NCBI RefSeq assembly: GCF_000392435.1
Contig: NC_021219.1
Coordinates: forward strand, 780,001 to 812,000
DNA from: Candidatus Saccharimonas aalborgensis
GTDB taxonomy: Bacteria; Patescibacteriota; Saccharimonadia; Saccharimonadales; Saccharimonadaceae
Length of the DNA: 32,000 nucleotides
Direction: 5' to 3'
Shown here piece by piece: positions 25,824-32,000 of the stretch (the stretch's first letter is position 1; every line of letters begins with the position of its first letter). The position numbers and the translations under genes were made by a program. The notes under the pieces are model-generated. The model saw only the letters and a program-made list of their open reading frames with translations, was not told the DNA's origin and made no database searches.

Positions 25824-26777
25824 ATGAAACTATTGAAAAAAACACAACAAAAGCCTCCTGCTCGCCGATTTGTCTATGGAGCTCAGTCTTCGATATCACA
25901 CGATGTACCGAGGCCCGTATCGACACATTCGACCGCATTTCGTCGGAATCGGACATTGACGGGTAGTCTCTCATCTGAGGTACAAAGTGTTAACGAGCAT
26001 GCAGCAGAGCTTCGCTCGCCGCGTGTTCATGTCCATGGACTGCGCCATCGCCGCCGCCGGCTTTCAATACTTCTCATACTAAGCGTTAGCGGTGCACTGC
26101 TAATGGCATGGCTGGTGTACCAGTCAATTGCGACCGTTATGATACGTGTGAGTGGCGTGAGTGGCGCTGATACCGCTCTGTATCAGCGTATCACCCAAGA
26201 ATATCTCAATCGTTATCCACTAGAACGGTTTCGTTTTTCGCTTGATACAGTAAAGTTAACTGAGTACATGCAAATGACCTACCCTGAGGTGGACCACGTA
26301 TTGCCAGGTGTAACTTATGGGGATGCACTGGGTACAGCTGAACTGATAATTGCCGTACGAAAACCTGTCGTGGTGTGGCATGCGACAAGCTCCCAGTTGT
26401 ACGTTGATGCCAACGGCAATGCGTTTACACGCAATTTTTTCACTACACCTCTCGTTGAGGTTATCGATAAAAGTGGCGTTCAGGCGCACGGCAATCAAGT
26501 ACTCGTCAGTAACCGGTTTTTGAGCTTTATCGGCACGTTGGTGGGAAAAATGCGCCAACAGGGCTATGAAGTGATGCAGGTGACACTGCCCCTAAATAGT
26601 TTGCGGCAAGTCGAGGTATCTTTAGCGGATATAGCGTATCCCATAAAGTTTTCTGTGGACCGTCCGGTGGGGGAGCAAGTAGAGGATGCCGATCGATCAG
26701 TGCGATATCTCAAAAGCAACGGTTCCTCACCTGAATACCTCGATGTTCGGGTCAGCGGCAAAGCATTTTATAAGTAA
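25824..26777 (+). CDS. ftsQ: FtsQ/DivIB-like POTRA-domain protein
   Basis: Basic N-terminal cytoplasmic region, one TM 'LSILLILSVSGALLMAWLVYQSI', extracytoplasmic region with '..LYVDANGNAFTR..' typical of FtsQ; position in dcw. Confidence 0.75.
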   Translation: MKLLKKTQQKPPARRFVYGAQSSISHDVPRPVSTHSTAFRRNRTLTGSLSSEVQSVNEHAAELRSPRVHVHGLRHRRRRLSILLILSVSGALLMAWLVYQSIATVMIRVSGVSGADTALYQRITQEYLNRYPLERFRFSLDTVKLTEYMQMTYPEVDHVLPGVTYGDALGTAELIIAVRKPVVVWHATSSQLYVDANGNAFTRNFFTTPLVEVIDKSGVQAHGNQVLVSNRFLSFIGTLVGKMRQQGYEVMQVTLPLNSLRQVEVSLADIAYPIKFSVDRPVGEQVEDADRSVRYLKSNGSSPEYLDVRVSGKAFYK

Positions 26778-26862
26778 AGAGGACTCTCCTTGCCAATCGG
26801 AGTATGTTCTATTTTTGTTCTGTTTTTAATACATAAGTAAAATATATATTAACATACAAAAG

Positions 26863-26909
26863 TAGGGGAAAAGCAAATATCGTCGAAATAGGGGAAAAGA
26901 ATAGGGGAA
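26863..26909. repeat. Three copies of TAGGGGAA in an AT-rich intergenic region
   Basis: 26863-26870, 26889-26896, 26902-26909. Confidence 0.6.
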
Positions 26910-27172
26910 TAATATTTTTTATAAAAAAGCAAATATTAGCATAGACGGATCGCACGGTCAAGTTTACCTGATGTGTGGAAAACTACATCATGAGACATGG
27001 TTGAGCGGGAGTAACTTATGGCACAATATATGGATGAACTGCAGTGTGAAGTTACATGTGCATTATACGGGTGATACTGAAGTTAACAAGACAAAGTCCC
27101 CTTCAATGGGGGTCCAGGAGTATAATTGGCACTCCATCTAGACGTATGCTGATTCATCTTTGTTCAATATAT

Positions 27173-27206
27173 TTAATGTCGTAAAAGGTATATTGTGCGA
27201 CGTTAA
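27173..27206. other. Intergenic stem-loop
   Basis: TTAATGTCG(27173-27181)/CGACGTTAA(27198-27206), 9 bp with one wobble. Confidence 0.5.
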
Positions 27207-27387
27207 GTCAGTATATGAGAGTTATTGTTACATTTACCTTCTCGCCCATAAATGTTTGATATTTTCCTTTGGACTATCTCCTACTTTACGTTTGATCCCC
27301 CTCCAGGCCTCGGTCTGTCACATGGTACCGTTGGCTTCCGTTGATATATCCGGCCCATTTGGACACCATCAGTAAAAACAAACCTGG

Positions 27388-27420
27388 GCGTTGCTACTCA
27401 AATAGCAATGCTCTATTTTT
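27388..27420 (+). terminator. Intrinsic terminator, possibly bidirectional
   Basis: GCGTTGCTA(27388-27396)-ctcaaa-TAGCAATGC(27403-27411)-TCTATTTTT. The opposite flank is AAAAACAAACC. Confidence 0.75.
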
Positions 27421-27480
27421 GTTCTGTTTCATTTTTTTGATTACTAGCAAGTATGTGGGGAGTTTGTTACCATAGAAATG

Positions 27481-27534
27481 GCCCGGAACGGACTAAGTTC
27501 AGCACCATATATCCTGGCGGTGCCTAATCCGGGC
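27481..27534. other. GC-rich structured element downstream of the ATPase gene
   Basis: GCCCGGA(27481-27487)/TCCGGGC(27528-27534), inner GCACC(27502-27506)/GGTGC(27519-27523). Confidence 0.55.
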
Positions 27535-27567
27535 TGCCACACTGATAAGGTTTTGACTAATATTTGA

Positions 27568-30348
27568 TTAGCGAAGTGAGAGGAAGGTAGGATCGCGCGG
27601 TGATGATTCTGGTTTTGCTGCCGGTCGGCTAGGGGTTGTCCCCTGCTCGCGCTCGACAGAAATGGGCGAATCTGAAGTCGGTTTACGTTTCCGGCTACGA
27701 CTACGCCTTTTCTTTGCCTGTCCTTGGTTTTCATTATCAACCACCGACAGGGGGGATGATGCGACGGCTGCGGTCGGGAGGGGGCTTGATGCTACTCTCC
27801 CCTGCTGTTGGATAAGCGATGTGTTGAGCGAATCTGGAGTAACGGTTTGAGTATGAGCATTTATCGGCCAGAGACGCTCAACGCTCACTGGGGGTGTATT
27901 TGTTGGAGTGGGCGCCTGAGGGGGCTTTTTGTTTGGGTCTGAAGGCATAATTCGTTCGTCAATTTCGTGCTGGATATCTTCTCGGGTTCGGCTATAATGC
28001 ATGCGGGTATACTCGATGATGCGGCCAGTATTGTCTTCTTGCGGTATGGGCAGGTTTAATGTGGTAGCACTAAACGCTGGCGCCTTCTCGCCGTTGATTA
28101 CCATATTGATAATAAAATGCCGATTGTGCATCTGTAAGAGGTCTTGCGGCTCAAATTGCGGCTCAAATTGCTTGGCTAAAATAGGAGAATCGTCGGGACT
28201 GACACGGAAGCTGATCATCGTGCCAACGTTGCCGAAGACAGCGTTGCGTACCTCTTCGCTCATCTGAGAGATGTATTGATTGGCGACGGTGAGGTTAAGC
28301 CCATATTTGCGTGCCTCAGACAAAATAGTAGCAAACGAATCAGTCGCGAAGTTTTGAAACTCGTCAACGTACAGATAAAACGGCCGGCGATCCTCGACAT
28401 TTGGAATATCGCTGCGGCTCATGGCCGCGAGCTGAATCTTTGTCACCAGGAAAGCGCCCAAGATTGAGGCATTATCTTCGCCGATCAATCCTTTTGATAG
28501 ATTGACAATCAGGATTTTGCCCTCATCCATAATCTTCCGAATATTGAACGTACTCTTTGGCTGGCCGATAATGTTGCGGATAATGGGGTTGGCGGTAAAG
28601 GCGCCTACCTTATTGAGTACAGGAGCGATTGCTTCGGCCTGAAACTTATCTGTCCAGCTGGCAAACTCGACATTCCAAAACTGAAGCACTACTGTATCGG
28701 TACAGTACCCTAGTGTTTCCTTGCGGAACTTTTTGTCGGTGAGCATGCGTGTGATATCGAGCATAGTTGTCTCGGGTCGGTCAAGGAGTGCCAAAATTGT
28801 ATAGCGGAGAATATACTCGAGGCGAGGTCCCCAGGATTCGCCAAACATGCGCTTGAGGACACCGATAACCTCTGAACTGATATTTGTTTTTTGGTTGGGG
28901 TTTGTAACTTCGAGCGGGTTAAACCCGAGAGGAAATGCTGTGTCGGCCGGGTTGAAGTAGACGACGTCTTGCAGACGGCTCCCTGGTATGAAGCGCATGT
29001 TGTCTACGGCGAAGTCGCCGTGCGGGTCGATGATGGCGTAGCCTTGGTTGTGAAAGATGTCACTCAGCGCAAACAGCTCGAGCGTACCGGACTTCCCTGC
29101 TCCAGTCTGTCCGATGATGTAGACGTGGCGGCTACGGTCATAGCGAAGCATGCCGAATTGGTGATTGATACCGCGGAAATTGGTCAGGCCAAAAGCAGAA
29201 ATATTCTCATCGATCGCCATATCACCAGTGATAACCGGTAGTTTTGCTGGCGGTTCGGCTGTTTTGCTGCTCGCCCAAACAATATTGGGCGTTTCGACAT
29301 TGGTGTGTGGCAGGTGGAATACCGAGGCCACCTCTTCGATATTGAGGATATATCCCCTATCGGCAAAGAGGCGAGACTTGTATTTAGCAAGATCCTCTTT
29401 TTTGAAACTATCGGTTGTCATTTTGAAGCCATTGAGGTTTGTGCTATTGAACTGTTTGAAGGTCCCGACGATGGCCTGCATACGGAGTTTGGCGTTTGCC
29501 GTACTCTCCCCTAGATAGGCGACACGGATTTTGGTTTGGTAGCCCAGCTTTGTCGCTTTTTTTTCGGCCTCGGCGATACGTGTTTTGTCACGTTCTGAGA
29601 CCTCTTTGACAGTAGTGCCGCTCACTCCCTGCTCTGGGGGTTGCCAGAGGGCCATAAAGAGGCCGGCAAACCATTTGAGGTTGAAGTCGCCATTGAAAAA
29701 CGCCGCTGTGCCGTTTTTGACACTTCGCACCCAGGATTCTGAGGCTTTGTGCCATTCATCGGCGATAGGTCGTACTAACATTTGAATCCAAATCTCTTCG
29801 TCAGTATCTTCTAGCTTGGCGAGCGTTCCCGTGATGCCGGCGAGCGGGTCAACCTCAAAACTTTGGAAGGTCTTGATGGGGAGAAATTCTCGGTCTGTGA
29901 GGGTAATTTCGGAAGTATAGACAACGCTATGTTGGCGCTCATGTGAGACATAATCTTCATCAGCAGTGTGAATTTGAACCTGAGGGTACTGGGAATATAC
30001 TTGGCCCTCGACGAAGCTCTGCAATGTCTTGGGAACCCATACATAAAAACGGATTCTACCGGCGACTGAAGCAATCTCAAAGCTGAGGTGTTCTTGGTAT
30101 CCCCCATTTGCACGGAGCTCTTTGGCATCGCGCAGGATACCGTGCAGGCTGGCAAACATCTGCTCGGCGGCAAGCTCACTCTTGTCATTCGCCTTTGGAA
30201 TCTCAAGCGCCAGGAGGACACTCTCGACATCTCTTACCATATCGATGCGTTGATAATTGCGCCATGTCAGGTAGAGAAGGATGACAACAATAGGTACCCA
30301 GACGTACCATTGAAGCAACAGAGAGACAAACCACGTGATAAATGCCAT
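27568..30348 (-). CDS. VirD4/TraG/HerA-like ATPase, membrane-anchored, with basic C-terminal tail
   Basis: N-terminal TM 'WYVWVPIVVILLYLTW', Walker A 'VYIIGQTGAGKSGTLELFA', 'GYAIIDPHGDFA', Walker B 'FYLYVDEFQNFATDSFATILSEARKYGLNLTVANQY'. Confidence 0.88.
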   Translation of the reverse strand: MAFITWFVSLLLQWYVWVPIVVILLYLTWRNYQRIDMVRDVESVLLALEIPKANDKSELAAEQMFASLHGILRDAKELRANGGYQEHLSFEIASVAGRIRFYVWVPKTLQSFVEGQVYSQYPQVQIHTADEDYVSHERQHSVVYTSEITLTDREFLPIKTFQSFEVDPLAGITGTLAKLEDTDEEIWIQMLVRPIADEWHKASESWVRSVKNGTAAFFNGDFNLKWFAGLFMALWQPPEQGVSGTTVKEVSERDKTRIAEAEKKATKLGYQTKIRVAYLGESTANAKLRMQAIVGTFKQFNSTNLNGFKMTTDSFKKEDLAKYKSRLFADRGYILNIEEVASVFHLPHTNVETPNIVWASSKTAEPPAKLPVITGDMAIDENISAFGLTNFRGINHQFGMLRYDRSRHVYIIGQTGAGKSGTLELFALSDIFHNQGYAIIDPHGDFAVDNMRFIPGSRLQDVVYFNPADTAFPLGFNPLEVTNPNQKTNISSEVIGVLKRMFGESWGPRLEYILRYTILALLDRPETTMLDITRMLTDKKFRKETLGYCTDTVVLQFWNVEFASWTDKFQAEAIAPVLNKVGAFTANPIIRNIIGQPKSTFNIRKIMDEGKILIVNLSKGLIGEDNASILGAFLVTKIQLAAMSRSDIPNVEDRRPFYLYVDEFQNFATDSFATILSEARKYGLNLTVANQYISQMSEEVRNAVFGNVGTMISFRVSPDDSPILAKQFEPQFEPQDLLQMHNRHFIINMVINGEKAPAFSATTLNLPIPQEDNTGRIIEYTRMHYSRTREDIQHEIDERIMPSDPNKKPPQAPTPTNTPPVSVERLWPINAHTQTVTPDSLNTSLIQQQGRVASSPLPTAAVASSPLSVVDNENQGQAKKRRSRSRKRKPTSDSPISVEREQGTTPSRPAAKPESSPRDPTFLSLR
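28144..28170 (-). repeat. 12-bp in-frame tandem duplication in the ATPase gene
   Basis: ttgcggctcaaa x2 then ttg; encodes FEPQFEPQ. Confidence 0.7.
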
Positions 30349-30418
30349 AACTTAGTGCTTCTCATTATATCATACCTCTGTTAATTTTGCAAGAGTAAGC
30401 ATGATCAGATAATGACAA

Positions 30419-30468
30419 AACCCGCCACCGGCGAGTCGTGCGCACTCGCATGGTGCGAGTAGCGGGTT
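30419..30468 (-). terminator. Structured terminator candidate after ORF 30488..30829
   Basis: AACCCGC(30419-30425)/GCGGGTT(30462-30468) with inner ACTCGCA(30444-30450)-tgg-TGCGAGT(30454-30460); only a short T run follows on the minus strand. Confidence 0.5.
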
Positions 30469-30487
30469 CTGTCGGTTGGCGGGTTAT

Positions 30488-30829
30488 CTAGTAGTTGGAG
30501 ACCACCTGGTACCCCGCATTCCAGACGGCCGTGAGGCCCTCTGCAAATGCCACCATCTCCTCCCAGCCGATCGGGTCACCCTCGACGGGCTTGAAGACGA
30601 TTTTGAGGTCCAGCTTGGGGCCGTCGGTGAACTCGAGGGTGATATGGGGGTCATTGCCGGTGGCTTCGATGGTGAGCCGACTCGCCGAATCCCTCCCCTT
30701 ATCATCACTGAGCTCTTGGACGATAACGCTCGTTGCGTACCGGTGCACGTGCGCCGTTCCGCCGCGACGGGTCCCACGTCCGGAACCGTAGTACCGGAAT
30801 ATCCTGACGGTGCCATTTCTGGTGGACAT
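30488..30829 (-). CDS. Hypothetical protein (113 aa)
   Basis: Intact ORF with its own good promoter (30884-30912) and a downstream hairpin. Competing antisense ORFs lack such signals. Confidence 0.65.
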   Translation of the reverse strand: MSTRNGTVRIFRYYGSGRGTRRGGTAHVHRYATSVIVQELSDDKGRDSASRLTIEATGNDPHITLEFTDGPKLDLKIVFKPVEGDPIGWEEMVAFAEGLTAVWNAGYQVVSNY

Positions 30830-30883
30830 GTTTCCTTTTTCTACTAGGAAAATTCGGGAGCAAAACGCACCCCGATGAACGTG

Positions 30884-30912
30884 ATTATATACTTTTCATA
30901 TAAATAAGTCAA
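30884..30912 (-). promoter_or_regulatory. Near-consensus sigma-70 promoter
   Basis: Minus strand TTGACT (30907-30912)-N17-TATAAT (30884-30889). Confidence 0.8.
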
Positions 30913-30946
30913 ATCAAGGTCTCATAAAGTATACAGCGTAAACAAA

Positions 30947-30971
30947 AGAGCTCGCTGTGATGCGAGACTCT
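30947..30971 (-). terminator. Intrinsic terminator of the sigma/HARE gene
   Basis: Minus strand AGAG-t-CTCGC-atcaca-GCGAG-CTCT then TTTGTTT. Confidence 0.75.
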
Positions 30972-30992
30972 TATGATTTAGCTTTCGGGGTT

Positions 30993-32000
30993 TTATTTAC
31001 CGTCAACTTCAGCGAGAGTGTATGTGGCCTTAGCGACACGTTTGAACTCTGATTTGCTCTGGAGGTTGAGGAGAATAGTCGTCTCCTTGACTTGTCGGCT
31101 TTTGAGTACGCGTTTGACAATTTCGTCGCGGTGGAGGGGCTCCCCCGCTTTTTTGAGCACCTTGGTGATAATATCGCTCACGGTACCCTTGCTATAGCCC
31201 CACTCGTCGAGGGCATAGATACCGCGGCCGATGAGGACAAAGCGCTTGTCTTTGATAAGCTCATTGTGGATGGCCTGCGTGGTCACGTCTTTGCGTTTGA
31301 AATCACTCTGCTTGATCGTTTTTGCGATGTCGCTGAAATGGAGTGGTTTACCACCATCAGCGAGGATAACGTAGATCTTGTCGCGGATATTTTTTGGATT
31401 GACGGTAGGCCATTTGACGAGACCCCATACGTCCTTGAGGCTTGCGAGGAGCTTACTGAGGCTTGCGAGCGCACGAACTTGGTTTGGGTTTTCATAGCTG
31501 AGCATATCGTGGAGCTGCTCGATACCAACTGGTTCGCCATGTTTCTTGATAGTTTTGACGATGTCGTCCACCGAAGCGCGTACTTTCTTTTCGTCGCCAT
31601 ACTCTGCGATACCAACGCCCAGATAGTAATTGTCGTTTTCATTGATAACTATTAGCTTTGGTGATAACTCACCGATAAATGCGACATGCGCTTTGGTTTG
31701 AGCCGAAGGAGCTGTGGTGACAAGGCGCGTCGCGAGGTCTTGCACGCGAGCGACGCGGCCGTTTTCGCTAAGATCGCGAATAATGAGTCGCTCTACGTCG
31801 TGGATGGCTGGTATCTTTCCTTCGTCGGCAGCGATTTTGAGACGGATGAGGATGGCTTTTTCGAGCTGGCGGACGCGCTCGCGAGTGATACCGAGTAACT
31901 CGCCGATTTGTTCCAACGTTTCGCGTCGGTCAAAAAGTCCAAAGCGTCGGGTAATAATCTCACGTTCGCGCTCCTGCTCGATGACACGCAAGATGTCTTC
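30993..32000 (-). CDS. Sigma-70 region 4 protein fused to HARE-HTH domain(s); 5' end outside window
   Basis: 'REREIITRRFGLFDRRETLEQIGELLGITRERVRQLEKAILIRL' is sigma region 4; C-terminal 'KIYVILADGGKPLHFSDIAKTIKQ...VLIGRGIYALDEWGY' and 'ILNLQSKSEFKRVAKATYTL' are HARE-HTH-like. The frame is open to the window edge (EDILRVIEQE). Confidence 0.85.
   Translation of the reverse strand, partial: EDILRVIEQEREREIITRRFGLFDRRETLEQIGELLGITRERVRQLEKAILIRLKIAADEGKIPAIHDVERLIIRDLSENGRVARVQDLATRLVTTAPSAQTKAHVAFIGELSPKLIVINENDNYYLGVGIAEYGDEKKVRASVDDIVKTIKKHGEPVGIEQLHDMLSYENPNQVRALASLSKLLASLKDVWGLVKWPTVNPKNIRDKIYVILADGGKPLHFSDIAKTIKQSDFKRKDVTTQAIHNELIKDKRFVLIGRGIYALDEWGYSKGTVSDIITKVLKKAGEPLHRDEIVKRVLKSRQVKETTILLNLQSKSEFKRVAKATYTLAEVDGK

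Noticed and set aside
27160-27375. 71-aa ORF in the ftsQ/ATPase gap
   Set aside because: TTG start, no SD, atypical Cys/Leu/Ser-rich composition, overlaps a hairpin. More likely noncoding.
27481-27534. Possible tRNA suggested by the 7-bp GCCCGGA/TCCGGGC stem
   Set aside because: Only 54 nt, no T-loop GGTTCGAATCC-type arm or anticodon arm.
1-32000. CRISPR arrays, tRNA or rRNA genes
   Set aside because: No regularly spaced repeat array and no convincing tRNA or rRNA sequence was seen on manual reading; tRNAscan-SE and CRISPR finders were not run.
1-32000. Recoded UGA (as in Gracilibacteria/SR1)
   Set aside because: UGA ends several well-defined genes (e.g. rnhA at 9777, CYTH at 6300) and no conserved protein continues through in-frame UGA.

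Overview
The window reads as a compact bacterial chromosome segment using the standard code (TGA acts as stop). Gene content and the paired CYTH, FtsQ-like, VirD4-like and sigma/HARE-HTH genes suggest a Patescibacteria/Candidatus Saccharibacteria-like organism; that assignment is an inference, with no database search run. Left part: 3' end of glycyl-tRNA synthetase, NYN-domain, SRPBCC, Ldh_2-type dehydrogenase, TfoX-like, gpsA, FKBP PPIase, two CYTH proteins, Excalibur protein, RNase H, a SAM-I riboswitch with metK, a PIF1-like helicase, a KwaB/DUF4868-like protein, a GH1-like protein and yvcK. Middle: an IS481-like transposase, then a trimmed dcw cluster (mraZ-rsmH-ftsL-ftsI-mraY-ftsW-murG-ftsQ) that lacks mur ligases. 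Right part: a structured roughly 790 bp intergenic region, a VirD4/TraG-like ATPase and a sigma-70 region 4/HARE-HTH protein. Main second-look items: (1) an orphan KwaB-like gene divergent from an unannotated 68-aa ORF with a very strong Shine-Dalgarno; (2) a recurring -10 box 7-9 nt before start codons, implying leaderless mRNAs; (3) a dense regulatory zone upstream of mraZ with inverted perfect DnaA boxes, a TGACA palindrome, MraZ-type TGGGT repeats between -35 and -10, and a possibly leaderless 50-aa membrane peptide; (4) a nested multi-hairpin element after yvcK; (5) several structured elements in the ftsQ/ATPase gap; (6) a GH1 protein with altered active-site motifs.
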